The position numbers and the translations under genes are program-made. 64,000 nucleotides of DNA, taken from the NCBI RefSeq assembly GCF_030684315.1, contig NC_081391.1, forward strand, positions 20,420,629-20,484,628. Direction: 5' to 3'. Position 1 is the stretch's first letter. Each line of letters opens with the position of its first letter. The notes beneath the pieces are model-generated. The model was given only the letters and a program-made list of their open reading frames with translations, made no database searches and was not told the origin of the DNA. This DNA is from Stegostoma tigrinum (Eukaryota). This document shows, one piece after another, positions 1 to 11,353 of this stretch.

Positions 1-756
1 AGGGTTTACTTTGCAAGAAGCCTGTGCATTTTGATCAGCCTGTATCTTTGACTCTGCACCTGCTCAAGTGCATGGGCTGAAATGTTTTTGTTGGCTTTTT
101 GTAATCCAGTGGAGCTTGTGGAATGATCAGAAACAATTGATTGAGATGAGCACTCCTTTGTATGACATGTACTTGACTTAAATTCATGGTTTTAGGACAC
201 CTGCTGGGTTTTTAACCAAGGTTTCCATCCACATGGATAGGGTGGTGTTTAGGAATTTAATTGAATTCTAAAATGCTCAAATAGCAAAGGAATTTGACCC
301 TTCATTGGACTGTAGTGCCTAGTGATATTTCACTATCATCCTGGTGGTCTTCAATGATTGACCATTGGAAACATCCAGGCTGGAGTCACTTAGGGGAATG
401 CAACATGCTGTGTGGCATTTCCTTATTGGCACCTGCGACTGACTAGGAAGTAGAATAGTCTAGTAACTCTCTCTGACACCAGCAATTCCCCATCTGGATG
501 GGGAAGCGACTGACTTCAAACGCTACATCAGGCACTTAAGCTCCCAGCACGAACATCACATGTGCCTTTTGCACTTTGATTCTGAATGTTTCTTATGTTA
601 AGATGTGGCAGGTTATGCCCCTCTCAGCCACCGTCAACATTTGAATAGAACAATCTGCAACACCTCGATCAGGCCTTTGTAGCCTCAAAAGGCACTGCCT
701 TCAGTTCTAGTACAAAAGCCCATAGCAGCTTCTGACGAACTAAACCCTTCTTCCAG

Positions 757-1155
757 AATCCAGAGCAGGATGAGTGGGGCAATGCAGAGAGCTCTGCAGA
801 TGGAGAAGGATGTGAGCCAGAGTCTGCTGGATCTGCACAAACTCGACTCTGGCCACACGGACCCTCATGTGAGTACTTCACTTTTTTGTCTGAAGGTGAT
901 AAGGCATTGGTTCTTCAGGTTAAATGTACCTATTCACCTAGCACTGAGCATTTGAAGTACAAAGCTGCTTTCTGCTCAGTGAGCTACTCGTTGCTTTGCT
1001 TTCTCCAGCTGTGTGACTTCCTGGAGAGGCACTACCTGGATGAGCAAGTGAAGATGATCAAGAAGCTGGGAGATCACATCACCAACCTGAAGAGACTGGG
1101 AGCCCCTGCCAATGGCATGGGAGAGTACCTGTTTGACAGGCTCTCACTCAGCTGA
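757..1155 (+). pseudogene. Ferritin copy 1, exons 3-4 only (5' part outside the window), frameshifted
   Basis: Exon 3 at 757-868 is 112 nt versus 126 in paralogs, a 14-nt deletion between two GGCAATG repeats. Exon 4 at 1009-1155 reads [52 protein letters not shown] intron; AATAAA at 1212-1217. Confidence 0.85.
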
Positions 1156-2404
1156 ATGGGATTTCACAATCACTTGGTCCTTGCATTCTCTTTTGCTTGT
1201 ACTGAATATGAAATAAAAATCATTGAACCAAAGCTGTCTAGCTTTCTGTAATTCTTCAGCCTAAAGCCTATCCAATATCTTCCTAAGATTGTTTTGTCCA
1301 TTCCCAACAACTTGGATGTGGTTTGCTGACCTTGGACCAGCTGGATAATGTCAACAGGGATGAGTGTCCGAAGATACTTGGATTCAGTGAGTGGACAAGC
1401 ATTTAGCTATGTATGGGGCAATTGCCCCCTTTTTGCAGCAGTGCAAGCAACAAAGTGCAGTCTCACCAAAATAGTGAGACTGCAGACCCTGTTGGAGCAG
1501 TACTGATAAATATGGACCTCAACTCTCAAAGCCAGAGGTCAATAGCACTTACGGTGTCTATTTACTTTTTGAGGAAAGCTTGACTCATCCCTCTGTTCAG
1601 AGGCTTCAAGTGAGTCTTTCCACACTTGAAGCATGTATTTAGGCTTTTTTCCTCAGCAAGTGACTTCCCTTACACTACATCTTGCAGGAAGCAAGTCTTT
1701 TTTTATTTGAAAGGCAAAGACCACTTATATCACTCACTTGTGCCTTAATTTAAAAAGATAACAGCTTCTACTCTGCAAGTCTGTTGTTAGAAGGTCAGAG
1801 GGTGGGGGTTTTTTCAACTACTGGTTAAATCTGGAGCTAGTAGGAAAGGGGAGAGATGTCCTGGTTTGTCTCAAGGTCTGTCCTTGCTCCAGTGGTAGTT
1901 AATTCATTCACTTTGGTTATCGCCACTTTTCCATGTTTCCTGATGAGGTGAGCCAGTACATCCTGATGCCAGCGCAACAGAATTGTCATACTGTAGAAGA
2001 TGGCCAATCAGACTGTCTTATTTGCACAAAGTCTCTCAGCACTTACCCTTTCTGTGAATATTCTACCTTTCCCAATAAACTGGCAAGTTGTTCCTGTTTA
2101 ATTGCCCAGTGCCTCTTGAACACTGCCAATAAACCTCCCTCTGCCACACCGAAACCAGATGGCACTAATAAAGCAAATAGACAATATTGACCAGCAGAAT
2201 TTAATCTGAGGAAGAGTACTTCAGACCAAGACACAGAAAGCAGTGTGTTCTGAAATAATGGAGAGCAAGGAGCTAAATAGGCGCAGAGTGTGTTTGGGGA
2301 TCTGCATGCAGAAATTTTTAATCTCTTGTAGAGAGGAAGGGAGATGCAATTAAAATGCTAATTGCATTTTAATGTTCATTGCAAGGCTGTGGAGCTGGAA
2401 TATA

Positions 2405-2696
2405 AATCATTGGATCCCTACAGTGTGGAACTAGGCCATTCAGCCCATACTGATCCTCTGAAGAGCATTGCACCCAGGCTAACCCCACATTTCCCCATGG
2501 CTAACCTGCTTGCTAAAGGCAACATAGCACGGCCCGTCCACCTTATGTGCACATCTTTAGACTGTGGGAAGAACCCGGAGCTCCCAGAGCGGACCCACAC
2601 AGCCCCAGGGAGAATGCACAAACGGCCACTCGAAGATGGGATTGAACCCAGGTCTGCGGCGCTCCGGGGCAGTAGTACAAATCACCGAGCCACCAG
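2405..2696 (-). mobile_element. tRNA-derived V-SINE (HE1-like)
   Basis: The minus strand begins TGGTGGCTCGGTG (A-box-like) and has GGGTTCAATCCC (B box), followed by a V-domain-like core and a CR1-type tail (GGGCTGAATGGCC). Boundaries approximate. Confidence 0.7.
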
Positions 2697-3614
2697 AAAG
2701 GTTGTGCTACTCTGGTGGAAAGTGTAGGGTGAACCCCACCTGGAGAACAGTATTCAGTTCTGATATATCGGCCTTGGAGCAAGTGTTTTTGAAATGATTT
2801 CAGGGAGGAGAATGTCACTGGCAAGACCAAGCCCTGTTGCTCCTCTCTCACTGCCCTTGAATCAAAAGGTTTCTGACCATCTCAGAGGCAAGTTAGGAGT
2901 CAGTGATATTGCTGTGGGTCTGTAGTCATATACAGGCCGTGGAGTCCATTTCCTTCCCTGAAAGATATCAGTGAACCAGATTGATTTCCAAGGCAATCAA
3001 TGATAGTTTTCTTCAGTTCATTCATGGGACGAGGGCATTGCTGACTAAGGTCAGCACTTATTGCCCTCGTGGTGTTAATCCGAGCCTCTCTGTGACTAGC
3101 TCAGCAACAACACCATCGTCGCGCTACAGTGCGCATTCACCAGAACGATCCCAGGACTAACAGGCTTAAATTGTGAGGACAATTTGCAAAGAGTGTACTT
3201 GCATTCACTTGGGTAATGAAGATTTAGGGCTGACTACAATTGGAGTTTGGAAAATAACAATCGGGTTTGAGGAGCCAGAGGGAGAGAAATTATTTTAGCG
3301 TGACCAAGAAGTACAATGCCATCATTATGCTGTGGCCATCTAGGGCAGGTGCCAGGAATCATTTCCTCAGGAAAAGGATTCAGAACTCTGCAATCTTTTT
3401 CCCAGAAATATTGGGAACAAATAAACTGCTCAGATGTGAGACTGTTGGATGTTTGTTCGTTCATGGTGTGACAGGAACACAGGACCAATGTAGGAAGAGC
3501 GTAAGGAAGCAACAGACCAGGCTTGATACAATTAGGTGGCAGGACAGGGCAGAACATCCACCTCCTGTTCATCAGCGACAATCACTGAATGTTCCAAATA
3601 TGCCTCAGTTCCAA

Positions 3615-3833
3615 AGCTCTGATTGGCTCTGGGGATCTCATTCCACCCCATGCCCTTCATTGGCTCCTGCATTCATGGAGATGCCTGATTGGCTATCAGT
3701 GATTGTCAATCATCATTGGTGATGTCATTCCCTGGTTGAGTGCAGGATGTTCCAGGAGGTTAAATCCAAGAGCTTGTGGCTGAGAGGCTTAGTTCTGGAG
3801 TTGCCCAGGTGAAAGTGAGCAGGAATAGTGACA
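3615..3833 (+). promoter_or_regulatory. Ferritin copy 2 proximal promoter/5'UTR
   Basis: Several inverted CCAAT boxes (ATTGG). ATTGG 3688-3692 + 10 nt + TTGTCAATCA 3703-3712. CRE-like TGATGTCA at about 3720. The TATA position reads GGTTAAAT (3758-3765) instead of GTATAAAT. Confidence 0.6.
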
Positions 3834-6819
3834 ATGGCCTCCCAAGTGTGTCAGAACTACCACAAGGACTGTGAGGATGCTGTTAACAAGCAGATCAACC
3901 TGGAGCTCTATTCCTCCTATGTTTACCTCTCCATGGTGAGCCTAGTAATTTTGAAGGTCAATTCTTTTTATCTTGCTTCTCATTCCACTCTGCCCCACTG
4001 AGGTTGTCTGGGGTGGGCAATATGTCAGTCATGTTGATGCCCCATGTGTTTCAGTTAATGTGTTAAAACAATATCTTAAGTCAACAAATTAGCTTTGGAA
4101 TGTTTGGAATTTTTCTATCAAACTCATCCACTTGCGTGATTAAGGATTCTTGGTTGCCTTGTTAACTGATTTGCTTTATATTCTGTAACTTTGTTTTATT
4201 CTGAAGTGGTTTATGTTGGAACTAAATCCAAGATTCCTTACATTTTCCTGTGGATGACTTTCATAATGCATAAACCTGAACAAACTTCCTTAGAATTGAT
4301 TTAAAGATAATTGGGTGACTCATTTGTGAAACCAACTGAGCCCTTTTCTACCTGTATCTAAATGAGCATATTCCTGTTGTGTTGGCCTTCATGCTAGGTT
4401 GGTCCATGATAGTCAGATAATGGAAACTGTAGATGCTGGAGAATTGAAGATAATGAAGTGTGAAGCTAGATGAACACAGCAGGCCAAGCAGCATCTCAGG
4501 TGCACCACAGCTGACATCTTGGGCCAACACCCCCTGATGAAAGGTCTAGGCCTGAAACATCAGCTTTTGTGCTCCTGAGATGCTGTGTGGCTTGCTGTGT
4601 TCATCCAGCTTTGCACTTCATCATCCATGATGGTGCTTAGATTATTGCTTATGTTACTGTATTGAAGTCAAGGGATTTTTGTCACCACTGACTTTAGGTG
4701 ACCAAGGGCTTTTGGTGACAGGGTCTCTGACATCACTTGGGTTGAGGATAAAATTCAGGTTTCTAGCGTTGGGGTTGTGTCCCTTCTCATGAGATCTGGG
4801 AAGTAATGGCTACTGAGGTGTTTAGTGCAAGTTGCAACATTAGCTCCTATGTTAATTCCCTCCCTTCTGAGGGGTTGTGCCTCCTTTCCCCTACACTCAA
4901 ATGGCAGTCACAGTTGGAGAAGACAATGCAGGATCCAAATCCAAGCTTCTCACCAAAGGTCATCAAAAACATGACCTTGACCTTCATAAATTATGATCTC
5001 TAGTTCTGAACTCTACTGCCTCAACCTGTTCTTCCCTTGTCTAGGCCATTTGTACACAACCTTATTGAAGCTGAAAATAAGCCATACAGGCTCTGTGGCA
5101 CTTCTCAATGCATGAGATTTGGAGCTTGCCTGATTCTGTTGTCTTCTCTTCTCCCCACAGTTCTCTTACTTTGACCGGGATGACGTTTCCCTGCATCACT
5201 TTGCTGAGTTCTTCAAGGAGCAGTCACATGAGGAACGGGAACACGCTGAGAAACTGATGGCATTCCAGAATAAACGTGGAGGCCAAGTCCTCCTGCAGAA
5301 CATAAAGGTTGGTGAAGCCTCCTACATTACAGCTACCTGAACTAGACATAGATTTGATGCTTGAATTCAGCTGGTGTAATGCTATATGGTGCACTAGTTC
5401 CTAGTTGCAGTCTCATCTCATTATATTGCACTTCATTATTCACATGGGTGAAGCATCTCCTTTTTCGCTTCCCTCCAGAAGCCAGAGCAGGATGAGTGGG
5501 GCAATGGTCTGGAGGCAATGCAGAGAGCTCTGCAGATGGAGAAGGATGTGAACCAGAGTCTGCTGGATCTGCACAAACTCGCCTCTGGCCACACGGACCC
5601 TCATGTGAGTTCTTTATTCCTGTTTCACCCAAGTGATGGAAGTTTTGTTAAAATGACTGAGTGTACTTCTATCTCCCCTACGTGGCTGTTCAGCCTTTAC
5701 ATTAATATCTTTTACCTGAGAACGCTGCTTCACAAACCCTTCACTTTAAGTAGGCCACTCAGCCCATCAAGTTTCTTTAGCCATTCTGATCATGGTTGAT
5801 CTGAATCCTCCTCATTCAAGGGGATAAGGCTGGAAAGTGAAGGATTTCTGAATTTAACTGTCTCAGCCTTTATGCTTGAATTACCTGACCCCCAACAACC
5901 CTCTGCAGCCAAGAATTCCATGGGTTCCCTCGAGCCTTCAGCTCTCACTCCGTGGAATCCTCTCTTTTAGAGAGGTCTCCTTTCCATTCTGTGCTGAGTG
6001 CAGGCTTCACTGTTTCCCTTAAAACAAACCATCTGTCCCCAGGGTCACATGACAGCTAAGTTGCCATCCTGAATGTTCCCCTTATCTGGACGGCGGCTAA
6101 ATGATAGATGACGGTCTTCTCTTCCATGTCCTACCCTAACACTATGGGGTCTCATCTTGTCTGAGTGTACAGTCTCTCCAGACATTGGACCCTGTGTTTA
6201 AGTGAGTTTCCTTGATGACAAGGAAAAATCCAGCTTGCTGAACTGTGAAGGGAATGTTTGCTTTGCTTTTAGCTTGGTTTTTTATGCTGATCCTGAACAA
6301 AAACAATTGGGAGCCCCATATGTAGAGATGTTCAGATAGAAATGGAGAATGTGTGCTCCTCCTGCATTTTTGAAAATCACTGGGAGTGGGGCTGTGGCTT
6401 TAGGACATGAAAGAAAAATTGGCTTCAATCAATTCTTCCTCACCCCCACCCGCTCCCTAAGAGCAAGTGCTTATTCCATGGATCTGAAGCTTAATTTGTG
6501 CAATTTAAAAATAGTGACTTGTCACACAGTAAATTTCACTTCTCCTCAGCTAGAAGTGTTTGCATCATGACTTGCCTGAATCAATTGGAGGTGTTGGGGG
6601 AGGGGAAGGCACTTAAAATTCCAATTGTCAGTTCCCCTCCACACTAACCAGCTCTGCACCTGACTGTTCCAGCTGTGTGACTTCGTGGAGAGGCACTACT
6701 TGGATGAGCAAGTGAAGATGATCAAGAAGCTGGGAGATCACATCACCAACCTGAAGAGACTGGGAGCCCCTGACAATGGCATGGGAGAGTACCTGTTTGA
6801 CAGGCTCACACTCAGCTGA
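3834..6819 (+). CDS. fth1: Ferritin heavy/middle-subunit-like, copy 2 (intact, 173 aa)
   Basis: Exons 3834-3935, 5161-5307, 5479-5604, 6673-6819; all GT-AG, phase 0. [66 protein letters not shown].../...[10 protein letters not shown]. Ferroxidase ligands equivalent to human H E27, Y34, E61, E62, H65, E107, Q141 are present. The symbol is family-level, not an orthology call. Confidence 0.93.
4414..4623. mobile_element. Fold-back pair of Penelope-like element 3' termini in intron 1 of copy 2
   Basis: Two inverted copies of the PLE terminal sequence. Central CTGATGA-AAGGTCTAGGCCT-GAAACATC at 4534-4561. Flanking direct repeat TCCATGATAGT (4403-4413) / TCCATGATGGT (4624-4634). Confidence 0.8.
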
Positions 6820-7899
6820 ATGGGGTTATAGAGGAAATTTGTCCATTCGTGACCTAATTTTGATGACCGCTTTGCCTTTTACTGTCTGCCATTCTAAATG
6901 GAAATACAAGTATTTGTGGAACTGGATTTTGGATCTTTGTTTTTTAAACAACCTAAATTACCAACAGCTAACCAGGAAACTTGATGGAAAAAATCCACAA
7001 TAGAAATTTCACACACTTCAATATCTTCCTCCCAAGCTAGCATAAATTTTATGCACATACAGAACATAGACTTTTTCATGGCAAATTTGTAAATGAGGTG
7101 TTTCCCCTTTCCTTTTCAGTGTTACATTAGCCTTCCAGGTGTGTACCACTTCGTGACATGGCTTTCTTCTCTGGATGACATTAGACACTAGGTGCTTCCT
7201 CTGCCCTTCTTCCAACAGCAGCAAGGGTCAAGTGAACTCTTTCTAAGTTTGCAGACTGCAAAGGCTGCCCCCATCTGCAGCTTGTGGATTTGTTTTGTTT
7301 CTTTTGGGGACTGAGGTTTAGCAGATGAATGATTTAAAGGAAGCAGAGTTGGATTCCAAGCATTTTTTGTCTTCCTTCTTTCTTTGTCAACAACTGCCCC
7401 CTCTTTTCCCCCTGATTTCTCACTACTTCTTAACTCCTCCTACCCTTCCATGCCTCCCAATAGCTTTATATACACAGCAGCTGATCATTGTTTGGGTCAC
7501 TTCTTCCCCTCTTGTTTGTCTGAAGTGAGGCTCTCAGCGGAACAGGGTACAGAAATTGCTGTGGAGGAGAGGTCCTATTTGCGAACTCTTTCAGCTCCAA
7601 CATTGTTAAGCTCTCGATGAATAGAAGCCAAGCAACATAGACAGCATGTATTTGGAAATGGCCATTTAGGGGACTTGGGTTGGGAGTGGATCTTTTAAAT
7701 CTGCTTAAGAAATAGTTTTGAAATTTAGAAATTAGTAGGTGCAATAAATTATGAACACGGAGAAGAGGCTACAACTTCTAGATGCATTGTCCTTTTGCAT
7801 CAGCTTTCATTCCATTTCCAAATGGGATAAGTGAAGGAGTAGACACCTGGCATTTCCATGAGTGATGCGGGGGAGTGGAGGACAGGAAGTAATGGAGAT

Positions 7900-8546
7900 G
7901 AGTAGAAAATTGCATAATAGATGGATGAATGTGATACTTCTGGGACATCCATGCCAGATCTCCTCAAAAGGAAAATCACTTTATTATCCAGCACGAGTAT
8001 TTGAAAGAGTTAGGCGAGAGGCCTGTTGTTTGTTTGTGTGGTGTACATGGGCTTCCTAAAGATATGTAATGCAGTGCCACACCATAGATTTTGTGACCAA
8101 TGTTAAAGCCCCTGTAATGAATGGCAGCGCAGTGACAGGGATATGGAGTTGGCTGCATTACTGGAAACACAAGTGATGGCTAATGGATGGTCTTTAGACG
8201 AGGGGGATGGTTTGTGGAGGAGATCCACAGGTTGTCGGGAGGGGGATGGGGACCTGCCAGGCTTTTTCAAAAGTAAATGAATGACTAAGACCTTGGTATA
8301 AAGGACACAATTTCAGAATTTGTACATGATAAGAAACTTAGTGTGAGGATCATGGTGTAGAACCTCAAATGGTCACAGACATTTGGTGGAATTGGCAAGC
8401 AAGTGGCAGATGAAGTTCAAAGCAGGAAAAAGTGGTGGGAAAGGCATGTAGAGACAATACAAAATAAAAGGTGCATTTCTAAAGAGGTTGCAGGAGTGAG
8501 TGAACTGCATGGTGTAATGGCATTACATCATTGAAAGTGGAAGGAC
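7900..8546 (+). mobile_element. Degenerate CR1-type LINE RT remnant (continues after the PLE at about 9860-10470)
   Basis: CR1-like decayed sequence; the second part ends in a CR1-type 3' tail (GATGGGCCGAATGG, about 10440). Homologs at 26340-26948/28286-28890 and inverted at 53575-54600 and 62600-62960. Confidence 0.6.
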
Positions 8547-9858
8547 CATCTCCAACACATCCCTCACCTTCCGGAAGCTTCTGTCTCCATCGCAGGCAAC
8601 TGCCGACAAACCGAGGTGGATTCGAAATTGACAGACTCCCACAGCTACCAGGAATACGCCTCCTACAACCCACCTTCCTGCAAAAACTCCATCCCCTATT
8701 CCCAATTCCTTTTGCCTCTTCCCCCATCTGCTCCAAGGAGAGGCATTCCACTCCTGCACGTCCAACATGTCCTCGTTCTTCCAGGACTGCCACTTCCCTC
8801 TTGCAGTGGGTGAGATGTCCTCAATCGTGTTTCCCGCAACTCATCCCTGACACACCACCCTCGTAATAAGTTCCCCAAGAGGATCCCCCCTAGTCCTCAC
8901 ATACCACCCTTCTAACCTCGGGATATAACGCATCGTACTCTGACACTTCCACCATCTACAATCCATCTCCACCATCGAAGACATTTTTCTATCCCCACCA
9001 TTGTCTGCTTTCGGACAGACCATTCTCTCTGCGACGCCCTTGTCCGCTCCACACTCCCGTCCAACCCCACCACACCCAGCACTTTCTGCTACAACCACAG
9101 GAAGTGCTACACCTGCCCCCACACCACCTCCCTCACCCCCATCCCAGGCCCCAAGATGACTTTCCATATCAAGCAGATGTTCACCTGCACGTCCGCCAAT
9201 GTGGTATACTGCATCTGCCGTACACGGCGTGGCTTCCTCTACATTGGGGAAACTCAGCGGAGGCTTGGGGTCCGCTTTGCAGAACACCTATGCTCAGTTT
9301 GCGGTAAACAACTGCACCTCCCAGTCGTGAACGATTTCAACTCCCCCTCCACTTCCTGAGACAACATGTCCATCATGGGCTTCCTGCAGTGCCATAACGA
9401 TGCCACCCGTAGGTTGCAGGAACAGCAACTCGTATTCCGCTTGGGAACTCTGCAGCCCAATGGTATCAATGTGGATTTCACCAGCTTCAAAATCTCCCCT
9501 CCTCCCACTGCATCCCAAAACCAGCCCAGCTCGTCCCAGCCTCCATAACCTGTTCTTCCTCTCACCTAGCCCCTCCTCCTACCTCAAGCCTCACCTGGCC
9601 CCTTTGACCTGTCCATCCTCCCCGGACTGACCTATCCCCTCCCTACCTCCTCACCCATACTCTCCTCTCCACCTACCTTCTCCTCTATCCATCTTCGATC
9701 CGCCTACCCTTCTCTCCCTATTTATTTCAGAATCCTCTCCCCATCCCCCTTTTCTGATGAAGGGTCTAGGCCCAAATGCTGCATGACCTGCTGTGTTCAT
9801 CCAGCTCTACACTTTGTTATCTCAGATTCTCCAGCACCTGCAGTTCCCATTATCTCTG
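8547..9858 (+). mobile_element. 5'-truncated Penelope-like element (RT C-terminus + GIY-YIG + 3' terminus)
   Basis: NVVYCICRTRRGFLYIGETQRRLG (GIY-YIG) in ORF 9156-9359; matches the 3' part of the element at 31698-35259. Flanked by AGGAC at 8542-8546 and 9859-9863. Confidence 0.9.
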
Positions 9859-11353
9859 AGGACTGTTTAAGAGAATCGTTTACAAAGCTCGCAGTGCCCT
9901 GAGCTTTATTAGTAGGGGCAAGTGTACAAGAGCAAGGTGATTATGCTGAACCTGCTTAAGTTTGACCCCAACAGGAATACTGTGTCTCATTCTGCACATC
10001 ACACTGAAGGAAAGAGTGTAGGTATAGGAGAGAGTGCAGAAGAGGCTTACTGGAATGGCAACAGGAATGAGGAATTTCAGGTGTGAGGATATATTGGAGA
10101 AGCTGGGACTTTTCTCTCTGGAAAGCAAACGGCTCAAATTCGGATCCAGAAAGAACAAACAGGGGCACGATGTTCCCATTTGTTAAAGGGTCAGGTGCAA
10201 GAAGGCACAGGTTTAAAATTGGCAAAAGAAGCTGAAGTGATCTGCGAAAATAAAAACCTTGCAACACAGCGAGTGGATAGGGTGTGAAATGTATAGTCCG
10301 AGAGTGTGTTGGAGGCAGGTTCAATTCACGCATTCAAAAGGGAATAGGACTGATATCTGAAAGGGAATAACATGGAGATTACAGGGACAGTGCAGGAGAA
10401 TGGCAAGAGGTGAAACGCTCAGCGAGTTGGTGGTGGATACGATGGGCCGAATGGTCACCATCAGCACCGTAATAACCGTGTGGCAGTGGGCAGATATGAA
10501 AGCCGAATTAAAAAGGCCAGAACGTGCTCACTTTCCCCCAAGCCGGCTGGACAACAAAACAGCATGGGTTGTAATACAACAGCATAGACGTGGCATCAGA
10601 GCACATTTGGAGCGCTGTGCTGAGCTCTGACAGGGTTATTTGAGGGACCTTAGCACAGATTCACCAGCATTTTCTCAGCCCCAAGCTGGTTACGTTATGA
10701 ATACAGTTTACATCAACTAGCCTTGTCCTTGCAAGAGTGTGGAAGACTCGAGAACGAATATTATCCAGGTACTTTGGATTATTAATGGATCTAATCGTGC
10801 CGTTAGACAATGTACTGTTTCCTGTGGCGAAGTAATCCTGGAAAAGGGGGAATAATCTTCAGATCAAAGCTATGGTAATCAGTGATGATGCTTAATCTCA
10901 AACATTACAGTATCACTCCCAAAATTCTGCAAGTCAATTGGACATTTCAAAACTGATTTGTTGAGCTGTGCTAGTTTGCAATATGATGCGATGCAGAACC
11001 CAGGCAAAGGTATTAAATGAAGACTCAGACTTGCACTGATCCAGTTGAATTAGGGGACAGGTTTGAGAGGCTAAGTGCTCTCGTTATCACAGAATAATAA
11101 TCTCAGCCTGACTGTTGCCCAAATCTCTGATTGACTCTGGGTCTCAGCACATTGCCCCACTCTCCTTCTCCACTGTTCATTGGTGACTGGGTTCTTACAG
11201 ATTCCTGATTGGCTGTCAGAGATTGTCAATCATTGTTAGTGATGTCATTCCCTGGTTGGTGCAGGATGTTCTCTGGAGTTTCAATACAAGAGCTTGTGGG
11301 AGGGAGACTCAGTTCTAGAGTTGTCCAAGTGATTGTGAGCAGGAATAGTGAGG

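Noticed and set aside
3267-3722. 151-aa ORF and other short ORF-track calls outside ferritin exons and TEs
   Set aside because: No recognisable domains or splice structure; they overlap promoters or decayed repeats. Recurrence of some peptides is explained by segmental duplication.
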